Of a DNA stretch of 64,000 nt, positions 1-16,945 are shown in pieces (within the stretch, counting starts at the first letter, position 1; every line of letters starts with the position of its first letter). Source of the DNA: Paraspadella gotoi (taxonomy: Eukaryota > Animalia > Chaetognatha). The translations under genes and the position numbers were made by a program. Under the pieces are notes generated by a model. The model did not search any database and was not told where the DNA came from. It saw only the letters and a list, made by a program, of their open reading frames with translations. The stretch is taken from NCBI GenBank assembly GCA_051294375.1, contig CM119264.1, forward strand, positions 22,011,578 to 22,075,577. The letters are read 5' to 3'.

Positions 1-480
1 TATCTCTTCTTCTCAACTCCTTCTCTCAAGACTCTCTTTCTCAACTCTCTTCTCTCAAACGTCTTCTTCTCCTCAAACTCTCTTCTCTCAAAACTCTCTT
101 CTCTCAAAAACTCTCTTCTTCTTTCTCTCAACTCTCTTCTCTCAACTCTCTTCTCTTCAACTCTCTCTCTTCTCGTTCAGACTTCTTCTGCTCAACTCTC
201 TTCTCTCAACTCTTGCTTCTCTCAAACTCTCTTCTCGTCCAAACTAACTATTTCTCTCAACTGCTCTTCTTCTCAACTGCTCTTCTCTCAAACTTCCTCT
301 TATCTACAACTCTCTTCTCCCTCAACTGCATCTTCTCTCAACTCTCTCATCTTCTCTACAACTCTCTTCTCTTCAACTCTTTTCTCCTCACACTCTCTTC
401 TCTCAATCTTTTTCTCTCAACCTCTCCTTCTCTCGACTCTCTTCTCTCAACTCGTCTTGCTCTCAACTCTCTTCTGTCTC
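1..480. repeat. Degenerate ~14-bp pyrimidine-rich minisatellite (CTCTCAACTCTCTT)n
   Basis: Recurring ctctcaactctctt units with scattered indels; explains the L/S-rich ORF 213..551. Confidence 0.85.
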
Positions 481-1074
481 TCCTCTCTCTCTCTCTCTCT
501 CCTCTTTTTTCTTTCTTTTCTCTGTCAGTCTCCCTCCATCTCGTTTATTAGTTTTCCTCCGTCATTTTAAGACTCACAATGTTATTTAACTGTATCTCTC
601 TCTCTCTCTCTTTCCTCCTTTTATTATTTTTTCTTTATTCGACTTAGTATCTTTTTTCTTAGGATCTTAATAGTTTTTCAATTCTTAGTTTAATTTTGAT
701 TCGTTCATTCTTTTTTTTTTTCTTTCTTTCTTTCTTTTTTTTTCTTTTACTTTTTTCTTTCATTGAATTTTTATCTTCTATTCCAAACGGAAAAAAAATT
801 TTAACAGAAGATTATTTCTGTTCACTTTTCAAAGAAAATCAGTTGGAAAAATCATACATATCTGTTTTTTTTTATCTTTTCATTTTTAATTATCAGATGA
901 TTTTTGTGATTATTAATGCAAAACTATTTTAATAGAATACTAGCACTTTCGTCTGACCCTAGCTCCCCCGCGAACCCCCTACCTCACTCATCTTTCTCTC
1001 TCTGCCTCCTCTCTCTCTCCCTCCTCTCCTCTCCTTCTTCTCTCAATCTCCTCTCTCTCTCCTCTCTCTCTTTA

Positions 1075-4000
1075 TTCACCTCTCGTCGCCGGCGCCACCA
1101 GACGCCGTGCCTCCAGAAGAAAACAAAGACGAAACTTCCTTTCCCTTAGAAATTTGTCATCCGTTGATCGGATCGATCGTCGCGGTCATCACTTCGCGAA
1201 GCTTCTACTAGTTTTACTCTCTTTCATTTTCTTTTTTCCTCCTTTTTTTCAACGGCCTTCTCAAAACATTGACAAAAGCTTCGCTCCTTTTACTTGCCCC
1301 TTTGGGGTATTTCTCNNNNNNNNNNNNNNNNNNNNNNNNNAAAGAAGAAAGGAATTCGTGAAGACAGGCTCGAGGAAGGAACCAATAACGACTTTTTAAA
1401 TGTTATAGGTAGCCTTATACAGACTCAATTATACGTAGATTATATACTATATCTGGAGATCAAACTTCTCACCACAGAACAAAGCGATTAATCGACAGGC
1501 ACCTATTCTCAACTAAAATGAAAATTTCACGATCTGAAAAAATTTCTACACCGATATCTGGTCTAAAGTCCACGAAATTATATTATCATACTCTTTCATT
1601 GTTTAAACAATCTATCCAGTAATGTAGTTAATTTTTGCTGATTATTCATATTTTTGCCCACAACAGCTATTTTAAGAGAGCATATGGCAAGACTGTATTA
1701 GTAGCATAAACATTCATACATCCTCTCCACTCTACACCAACAAAGTGCTTCTGCCTCTAGCTTCGGATCCTCTGCTTATACAGTCTACGTCATCCCGGAG
1801 ACCCTCCTACACTCCTACTCTCCAACTAGATCGGTCTCTCCTCTCGTGCACCCATCTCATCCCCACCAATCTTGTCGGCATATCACCAACATCATTCCAT
1901 CGTCTCAATCACTACCATTTCTAATTGAGCGGAGGCAGAGCACGTATTATTGACAGTAATCGACTATACTTTCTTTCTGTTGTGCGCCTAGTAATATTTA
2001 GTCGGATCGTCCGTGGTCATTTGCTGAGAGAGGCAATTATATAGCTATTACTGTCTCTGTTTTTCTAGATTTGATTATATCAATTTATATATCCTCCTAA
2101 TTGTGTTTGTTTATCTATAACAAAACTTATCTGTGTCCTTCTTCTAATACTGCAATAAAATATAATCATCATTGACAAAAAAAAACAAAGTGCTCGTCCG
2201 TTCGCCTAATCTTCCTTCTTTCTGTCTGTCTTCTTACCTTTAACCGAAACCGCGCTTTAGGAGAGTGTATGTTGTAATTATAGCGCCACTCATTCCGACT
2301 CTCTATCTGTTTGCGCCAAATCTTGTTAAAATTGTTTCGCTCCCATCATCAATCTTCAGTCCCACGCCCACTTCCTCCTTCCCTCTCCTCTTCCTTCCTC
2401 CTCCCCATCCTCTTCGTCCCGTCCGGATTCTCTCTTGGTTGGCTCACGCAGTGAAAAAAAGTGATGTTGCCCGGTGAGTGGGACGACCCCACGAGAACAG
2501 TACGAAGGCTGGGCAAACTTCCTTTCGAAGCGTTCAGCAAGGCCGGAAAGCTTCAGTAAAGTCTGGAGTTTCCAAGGACCCACAAGAACGCGGTAACAAG
2601 GGCGGGTAGCGGTACGAGCGGTACAGGGCACGGAGGGACGAGAGAGAGAGAGAGACGAACGAACCTCAACCTCTCTCTCTCAGTCTCTCTCTCCTACGAG
2701 TACGCGACCCTCGGTAAGCCCAAATAAGAATTGAGCTTTTTAAATAAGAATTTCCTTTTTTTTTTTTAAATTATCGAATTTCCGCAAATTCTTTAGACTT
2801 CTCTTCTCATCCCTCAGCGGCTTCCCCTTCTTCTCGCAGGGCATCTCCACCCGGCTTCCGCTCCTTCGGTCACCTGCCCGCTCAAAAGGACGAAGGGCGT
2901 TGCGGCGTCCGGGAACGAACGCGACGCACGACGACGCCATGGTGCGCGGAGATCGCCGAGGCCCGAAGCGCTGGAGCTCGTCGAAGCATAGCCGAGGATC
3001 AGCTGATGCAAGGAGGCAGACGACGTCGGGGCGGAGCCGTGGGGAAACGATTACCTAAGTATGAGGGGGGGGGAGAGTGGGGAAAGGGAACAGGGAGAGG
3101 ACATTGATGAAAGAAAAGAAAGAAAGAAAGATAAGAGAGAAAGAAAGAAAAGAAAGAAAGAAAGAAAAGAAAGAAAGAAAGAATAAAAGAAAGAAAGAAA
3201 GAAAAAGGAAAGAAAGATAGATAAGAGAACAGAAAAAAGAAAAAAGAAAAGAAAAGAAAAAAGAAAAAGAAAAAAGAAAAGAAAAAAAAAGAAAGAAAGA
3301 AATAAAGATAAATAAAGAGAGAAGGAAAAAAACGTAATCGTCATAGTGACCTTTCTTCAGGATCGAAGAACCATCACCGTGAAGCGGGTGCGTCGGTGGA
3401 GAAGGCCTAACATCTTTCCGATCTCCAAATGATCTCCAGTGACTCCAACAGACTCCACAAAGAAGAAGAAAAATTCTAAAAGGCAAAAAAAAAACATATC
3501 GTTTCTTGATGAGCTGAGGCCGTGAAGCAACTTTTGTCTTAATTCTTTTATCTTTCACGTATTTTCATTTTTCTATAGCTCGGAGCATGGCCGTGACTCT
3601 CTCTCCTGCTCCTCCATAATGCCGTCCAAGCCGACTAGAACCAGCCCGTAAGCAACAAGCCTCTCCGGCTCTCATTCCTCTCGTCTCACTCCCATCTCTC
3701 CCCCCTCTTTTCTTCAATACGTGTCAACTATATATAAACATATACAATTAAATTTTAGACAAAAATGACCAACCACAATCTCATTCAAGGATTCGAAACC
3801 AAACGATTTTAACACCGAAGAAAGTAAGTTTGGAGTCATTAATATTTTCCATTTTCAAGAAAAAACATCTCGGATCAAAAAATTCGCTCGATTAAAAAAA
3901 AAAGAGAAAATGAAGATGAAAAAGTTTCTTTGAAAAAAAAAAAATTATAAATAAAAGGGTCTACGGTTTTCAAAAGTCCCGCACTTTTTTTAAAAAATTC

Positions 4001-4940
4001 TCCATATTATATCTTATTTTAAATATTGTTGAGCATAAATTCAAAAATAAAGGTAATGTAAGGTTAAAAGGAAAAAGGATTTTATTTAAAATATTAAAAT
4101 CAATTCTCCTTTAAGAAATAGAAAGAAAAAATTTACAAAATTACGTACCTAAAAGTTTAAAAAGTTTTATAAAATTTATTCTTCAGATGATTCACTCTAA
4201 ATAACTGTACATGTAATTTAAAATCTAACATTAACTTTAAGAGTCGCTTCCCGCGGCTGAATAAAAAAAAAAAGAGAAGAAAGTGAGGAATAAAAAGAAG
4301 ATGGAAAATTATTCTTGAATCCGGCGACAATCATGGAACGAGGACGAAATCATCGGGCTTTTCAGGCCGAGATCCTTTCTTCCCATGTCATAAAGCGTCG
4401 GTCCAGACCATTCCTTCCATGCCAACCATGCCAACCTCGCGAGAAATAAAAAGCATGGTTTTGATAACTCTCGTTCCGATATAATAAATCGAAGAATCTA
4501 AAGAAAATAAAGACAAAAACGATAAATTCTTAAGGAGCGGCCGTAAAATTCAATGCAATGATAAATGTTTGAAATAACCGCGTAAGAAAGTTTTTTTAAG
4601 AAAAATGCCGAGATGGGAAATAACGTCGAAGGCGCTGTGTGCGCAGGGCGGCGGTCGGGATATTGAACGTTCTCAGATGCTATGATTTATGATGGGGTCG
4701 ATGGCGAAACCACCCACGGTCCTTCGCATAAAAGGAACTCCTTCCAACTACCATTGAATAATGGCTCTCGTTTTTGACACCACTTTATGCGCGTCCATGC
4801 CGCCGTCTATGAGGTTCATTTGTTTTAAACCGTATTTTTTTGGTTTAATAAAGTTGGAAATCTCCATCAACTTGAATGCGAGAACATTGAATTCTGCATC
4901 TTTGCTCTTGCAATCAAAATCAAATTGAAAATGACGCATC
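1075..4940 (-). CDS. Putative multi-exon MFS transporter, MFSD4/NaGLT1-like, with reading frame corrupted by indels (sequence error or pseudogene)
   Basis: GC-richer exon-like blocks on the minus strand, several with AG acceptors (4436-4437, 3476-3477, 3055-3056) and one GT donor (3349-3350). In gene order they give GPTLYDM (4384-4404), GVTGDHLEIGKML (~3405-3445), LQRFGPRRSPRTMASSCVAFVPG..ALRPF (~2885-2975), VVIGSFLEPVFTNSFLL (~1343-1393), SEAFVNVL (~1263-1286) and GSFVFVFFWRHGVWW (~1094-1138). These resemble MFSD4-family motifs as I recall them (GPTxxDL after TM1, GxxxD loop, WG..S.P after TM4, G.E in TM7). Alignment by eye only; boundaries approximate. Confidence 0.4.
1316..1340. other. 25-N assembly gap
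   Basis: Run of exactly 25 N; same size at 8301-8325, 18576-18600, 25079-25103 and 44934-44958. Confidence 0.98.
3110..3330. repeat. (AAAG)n-like purine low-complexity tract
   Basis: Direct inspection; source of F/L/S-rich ORFs 3051..3344 and 3055..3558. Confidence 0.9.
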
Positions 4941-5626
4941 GTGGGTTAGGAACTGAATGCCTGTCATTCATTCACATCGTCTTCTTTCCTTCGGCTCACG
5001 ATATAAAAAAATCAATATAATCCTATAAATCTCGTCTGCGTAAAATCCGTTGGATTCGACTCGCCAAAACGGAGATGGCGCCTCTGGTTTATGTATTCTA
5101 GTTTCCGGGTAATTTGCACAATGTATTAATTGATAAAGATCATAAAATTTAAAATATCGCATTATTATAGTAGAAAATAATTTGTTTCAATGTCGTAATA
5201 TTATTTTAATATCTTTTTCTTGACTTCTTGGTTATCTCCATGATAATGTAGAAAAATAAAAAAAAGTAAACAAATTACCAAAAGAATCAATTCCCCAGAC
5301 GATTCATGACGACGGGAAGAGCAAGTAATATCAAAGACAATCTCTACAACAAAAACGGTAGTTTGTCCTTCCGCCGTTCGAGTCGCTCTCGTCTCGAGGA
5401 TGAGAATAAAAGAGACGAGAATAAATGAATAAAAAACATATAAAGAAATAAAAAAAAAAGAGAGAGGAGAAAGGAGGAAAGGAGAAATATTGGAATGAGG
5501 CAAGGTCACGAAGTCGTCGTCTTTGTCAAGATTTTTTTCCTCTTCTTCGTTTTCGGCGAAACCGGTTTTCGGATCTTTTTTATGGTAATGAGTCTAGTCT
5601 TTAAAAGACGATGAATTCCGAAAAAG

Positions 5627-11240
<5,614 letters not shown>

Positions 11241-12845
11241 TGTCCACTATTTTTGATTTATCGCCTCCTTTTTTCGCTCTTTCTAGTTTTAGCTAATTTT
11301 TGCGCAAACCTTGGAGGGAAATTTATATTTATGAGGGAGACACACAATACAGAAGATAAAAAAAATACAGAAAAAAAGGTAATTCCCCGACGTCCACGTG
11401 CCACTTTTAACATTTATGTAACGGTCGCCGGTCCTTTTTCGCTGTCCTCGCAGTCGGCGGGATTCATGGATCAAGTGGTCCAACCATACCACATAACCCT
11501 CAAATTCACTTCGTTTCAATCGTTTTTCGTAATAACAATGAGATTAATAGCGGCATGTTGGCGACGCTGCCGAGTTGAGTTGAGACACGCGGGGCTGGTG
11601 CGGAGAGTGAGAGGGGAAAGAGGGAATTGATTTCTTCTTTGAAAGGGCCACTAGAGAAAATTTGAAAAGCTTTTGAGGGATTTCTACAAACATTTAGAAG
11701 TTGCCTAATTTCATCAACAGCTTTAAGCAAAATCGATTACTTATTTATTTGTAGTTGGTGTCGTCGTTCCTCTAAAGCAAAAAGCAAGAAAAAACTGATG
11801 CAAAAAAATGATATAAAATAAAGAAAATGGTTGCTGCGTTCGATATTGATGGTCATTTAGGATGTAAGGAGAGAAGCGAAGCCGAAAATGTGCTTCCGGA
11901 TGATACTATAGTAGATTAGGAATATTCAAGCTGGGCGCCCTTTCTTCAAATATTCTGCGATATTGCGTTTCCCAACGAGCGCTCTGGAAGAATTAGCAGA
12001 TGGTTGGGGAATACAAGAGAATAGTGAAGAGAGAGATGAGATGAGAGAGAGAGGAGAGAGAGAGAGAGATGAGAGAGAGAGAGGAGAGAGAGAGAGAGAT
12101 GAGAATGCGGAGGAAGAGAGGGCACTGACATAAAGAGACTTGGTCGGTTAATGAGATGTCTCTTCCAAAATGGAAAGAGAGTGTGAGTTGGAGTGAGAAA
12201 AAAAATTAAGATGGGGCAGAAGACAAAAAAGAGAGAGGGAAGAGGAAGAGAGAGAAGGGAGAGAGGAGAGAGGGAGAGGATGGAGGTTGAAAGGGTTTGG
12301 TGAGGAAAAAAATAGCGCGGACATAAAACGAATGAGGGGAGAAGGAGACAAGAGGGGAAAAGGGGAGGGGTAGAAAAAAGCGAGGGAGGCGCAATCAGAG
12401 AGAGAAGAGAGAGAGGGAGAGAGAGAGAGAGAGAGAGAGCAGTAGACGACAGAGAGAGAGAGAGAGAGGAGAGAGGAAGAAGAAAGAGAGAAAAAGAAGA
12501 GATACTAAGGAGGAAAAGGCCGAGAGAGGGAAAGAGAGGGAGAGAGGGAGCGGTTTGTCCGGCGTTTTGTTTGCCAATTTCGCTTCGTCACTATGACAGT
12601 TTTTTTATTTTCTTTTCTCTTTTTCCCTCTTTTTTTTTTCTTTTTCTTCTCTGCGCAGAAGAAGAAGTCGCAAAGATCGAGTTTTTCGCTGACTAAGAAT
12701 AGCAATTTTATGAAAAAATCCGTCGTGCTGGAGGGATAGGGGAGAGGAAAGGGAGGAATGGAGGAAAAGGAGAGAGAAAGGGGGAGGAACTGGGGGGGGG
12801 GTAGAGAGAAAGATAGAGTTTGAAACTTATATTTTTATTTCATTT

Positions 12846-13245
12846 CTTTTCAGTTGCGCGCGGCGAGCACTCTGCGCGGGAAACATAAGTACCTTTTCGC
12901 GTCGTTCTGTCGGGTCCGTCGATCCGTTCGGTCTTTCTCCAACCTACGTTAAAAAATGCTATAATTCCTATTTGGTTTTTTCATTTGTTTAAGAGCAAGA
13001 AAAAAACCTCAAATTCTAAGGGAATCTGGCTCGTGCCGGCTTCAAGGAATTCCTAAACTATAAGGAATAAAAAGCGAATTTTGATCAGTGCATATTCATA
13101 ACATACAATGGGCGAAGAAGTATTTTTAAGTTCTCATGTCAATATCCATACATCATTTGTATTCATGATTCAAAGGGAAAATATACTGCAAACATAAAGT
13201 TACCTGCGCGGTAGCACACAATGGAATTAAAACCGTCTTCTTTTT
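12846..13245 (+). mobile_element. Helentron-associated non-autonomous element (HINE/DINE-1-like), degraded or noisy copy 1
   Basis: Colinear with copies at 32613 and 56471: agttgcgcg start, GTCG/GTCC tract, aaaaaacctcaaat, caaagggaaa, ctgcg..cacaatggaatta end. Confidence 0.7.
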
Positions 13246-14254
13246 TTGTATTACAAACAAGTCTCCCAGCGGGCTGCCTCTATGCAGTGCAAAGAACAGC
13301 TTACCGCATTCGAAATTTCCTCTTCGTCTCTTGTACGTATATGTTACACTTTCGAGACATGACGCGACTTAAAATCCTTTCCCTAGAACATAACGTGGTT
13401 GGCTTGACACGAGGCCTCAACATTCTTCGGTGATGAAGAACGCGGGTGATCAAAGTGGTGATTAAAAATTATGTCGACGGTCGGACGACGTGAGGAGAAT
13501 TCCGTTTTGGGCCAAAGAGTGTGCGGAGTTTTGGAGATCTTTCACTGGCGTTAAATTAGCGTCTGCTGTGAATTTGCGTGACTTTATAGAAGTTATAGAG
13601 CAAGTGATATATATGTAGTTCAAATAGTCACGAAGTTTATCGCTCATTTAAATTTAATAAAAAAAAATAATAAGAGAAAAAAAATTTTTAATGGAATGTC
13701 AAGCTGTGACGAGTGAAAGACTTTTCAAGCAGCTGATGCCACTCGTGAATAATCGAAGGTTTTTATTCGACTTTTGTTTGTTTGCAACGAAGATACCAGG
13801 CGATTTTATGTTTTATTACTGGGTGTAGTGTTAACTAATTTTTATTACAATGAGTGTAATAGATTTATATATAATTGAGTGTATATATATTAGTGTTTAT
13901 CAATGGTGCAGGACTCATAAAATAGAACATTAATAACTGATAAACCACTTGCCTCCATAAAATAAAGGAAAGGAAAGACGAAATTAAGAAGAGGAAAAAA
14001 ATAAAGATAAAGAAAAAAAGGAATATTGAATATATCGAGGGCAGGTGGAAGCACTGGCGCGAATCGATCTTCGAAAGTATCGATCATCGATGAAACAAAA
14101 GGTAAAGAGATGAATGGAACGGGTTCGGACGTTGAAGACCCAAAGTATCGAAAAACGATATCGATAATAGAGGCGGTCGTTCAAAAGCGCTCGGGCGATC
14201 GGTTATATTATATTTATCTTTCTGTGAACTCAATCTATAATGTATATATATTTT

Positions 14255-14436
14255 TGAAACATTATACCACTTCATTGACAGGGAAGCCAGGTTCTCTGGG
14301 AGTGAATAAACCTGCTATGTCATTATCATGTAAGAATTTATGGAGCCTTAAACCAAAGCCTGTCCAAAGTCATGGGCAGATAGCTTATTTTTATTAAATT
14401 AATGGATACTTTTTATATTGGTTTTACCGATTTCAT
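14255..14436 (+). mobile_element. Unclassified ~245-bp interspersed element (family A), internally deleted copy followed by short TTCATACC repeats
   Basis: Matches 50389-50634 (ccacttcattga..gggaagccagg..cctgctatgtcattatc..ccttaaacc..gatagcttattt..tttcat). Confidence 0.8.
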
Positions 14437-15386
14437 ACCTTCATACCTTCATTGACGAGGACGGATTATCAACGTCGAGCTGCAAAAATCTAGAAAATTT
14501 TGGTGTTCAATGAAAATTGCAAATAATGTTTCATACTATTTTTCTATTTTTATATTTTATGAAGGATTAGTACTTAATCTTATTATTTAATAAAATCAAT
14601 ATATTGCTTCTTTTTCTAAAAAGTTTATTTATTTCTAATAATTCAATTGGGAAGGGAGTCCAGATGTTGTCTTCTGGAATAGAGGGAGCATCTATACAAC
14701 ACAAGGTTAGATTACTATCTGTCCTAGTTAGAAATAGTTAGAAATAGAATATGTTCGATATGACATTTTTATTTCATTGTCATTATACGGGAAAGGAATC
14801 ACCATTTTTTGGGAAATTAATAAAAATAAATTAAATAAAAGAAATTTTTCCGGAAGATCCGAGGAAAAAAGTTTATCTCTGAAAGTCTACATTTAACTCT
14901 AAGAAGAAAAAAAAACCACTTCTCAATATTTACCAATAAACTCCAACGAAGGATGTGCCAAACGATAAACTCAAATATCGGGTTTGCGACTGTGCCGCAA
15001 AATCTGGGCCGCATTTTCTTCCGAGAAAAAAAAATCGGTAAAGAATTTTTTTTTTTTTCTGAAATAAAAGAGACAAGATGCGTCCTTCAAAACCCAGTGA
15101 AAATAGGGGTGATGTAGAAACAAAAGGTAAAACTAGAATCGAAGTGGCATGAGGCGTGGATGTAGATGGAGGAACTGAAGATGAAAGGGGGCGTGAAAAT
15201 GAGGGTTCACAGTGGGGTGAGAGTGAAAAGGTGATAAGAGGGTCTCTACAAGAATGTGAAGTTAACACGCAGCCAAAAAAAAGGCTTTGAGAACCTGGGC
15301 TTTTGATAAGTGAAGGAACACTAGAGACACCGTCTTTCTGGTGAGACTTTTTTGACCCAGTGAGGGAAGGAGGGTAAAGAAAAGGT

Positions 15387-15424
<38 letters not shown>

Positions 15425-15881
15425 GGAGAGCGAGAGCGAGAGCGAGAGCGAGAGAGAGAAAGTAAAAAAGGGAGGAAAGGAGAGGGAGATAATTGGGCGG
15501 CGCTGAGTGACAAAAAACCGAGACAAATGGTTTGACCCGGTGAGGTGATTATGGGCCGGGTCGCGACGTCCGTGTCGGGCAAGTCTGCTCGGGCGGGTCC
15601 GATCCGTCCGGGTTGTGAGGTCCGTTCCGGGCCAAAAAAAGCTGAAGCGGAGGAAGAAAAAAATTTGCGAGAAAATAGACAAAAAATTATTTCGACGCTA
15701 ACAATTTTAAACCAAAGCAAGTTTGTGATATATTAACTTGTTACAATACCAAAAAGAAAATAAAGAATCGACGACGTCAGGAAAGAAAAAAAAAGGAAAA
15801 GGACTGGAAGGAGGAAAAGTCCTGGCGAGAGAAAATAGGGTCGCCGGTCGCGTCAAGAAAAACAACGGAAAGACGAGCCAG

Positions 15882-16945
15882 AAAAAAGAGATGTTAGGAT
15901 CAGAGAAAAGAGAAAAGATGGGATAGGTGAGAAAGCTAAGACGGAGAGAAAAAAGAGATGTTAGGATCACAGAAAAGATAAAAGATGGGATAGATAAGAA
16001 TGGTAAGACGGAGAGAAAAAAGAGATGTTAAGATCAGAGAAAAGAGAAAAGATGGGATAGATAAGAAAGGTAAGACGTAGAGAAAAAAGAGATGTTAGGA
16101 TCAGAGAGAAGAGAAAAGNNNNNNNNNNNNNNNNNNNNNNNNNNNNNNNNNNNNNNNNNNNNNNNNNNNNNNNNNNNNNNNNNNNNNNNNNNNNNNNNNN
16201 NNNNNNNNNNNNNNNNNNNNNNNNNNNNNNNNNNNNNNNNNNNNNNNNNNNNNNNNNNNNNNNNNNNNNNNNNNNNNNNNNNNNNNNNNNNNNNNNNNNN
16301 NNNNNNNNNNNNNNNNNNNNNNNNNNNNNNNNNNNNNNNNNNNNNNNNNNNNNNNNNNNNNNNNNNNNNNNNNNNNNNNNNNNNNNNNNNNNNNNNNNNN
16401 NNNNNNNNNNNNNNNNNNNNNNNNNNNNNNNNNNNNNNNNNNNNNNNNNNNNNNNNNNNNNNNNNNNNNNNNNNNNNNNNNNNNNNNNNNNNNNNNNNNN
16501 NNNNNNNNNNNNNNNNNNNNNNNNNNNNNNNNNNNNNNNNNNNNNNNNNNNNNNNNNNNNNNNNNNNNNNNNNNNNNNNNNNNNNNNNNNNNNNNNNNNN
16601 NNNNNNNNNNNNNNNNNNNNNNNNNNNNNNNNNNNNNNNNNNNNNNNNNNNNNNNNNNNNNNNNNNNNNNNNNNNNNNNNNNNNNNNNNNNNNNNNNNNN
16701 NNNNNNNNNNNNNNNNNNNNNNNNNNNNNNNNNNNNNNNNNNNNNNNNNNNNNNNNNNNNNNNNNNNNNNNNNNNNNNNNNNNNNNNNNNNNNNNNNNNN
16801 NNNNNNNNNNNNNNNNNNNNNNNNNNNNNNNNNNNNNNNNNNNNNNNNNNNNNNNNNNNNNNNNNNNNNNNNNNNNNNNNNNNNNNNNAGAGAAAAAAGA
16901 GATGTTAGGATCAGAGAGAAGAGAAAAGTTGGGATAGGTGAGAAG
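15882..16945. repeat. 67-bp minisatellite, mostly hidden in a 770-N gap (16119-16888)
   Basis: gatgtta(g/a)gatc anchors at 15890, 15957, 16024 and 16091 (period 67), resuming at 16901; the span across the gap is about 12 units. Confidence 0.92.
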
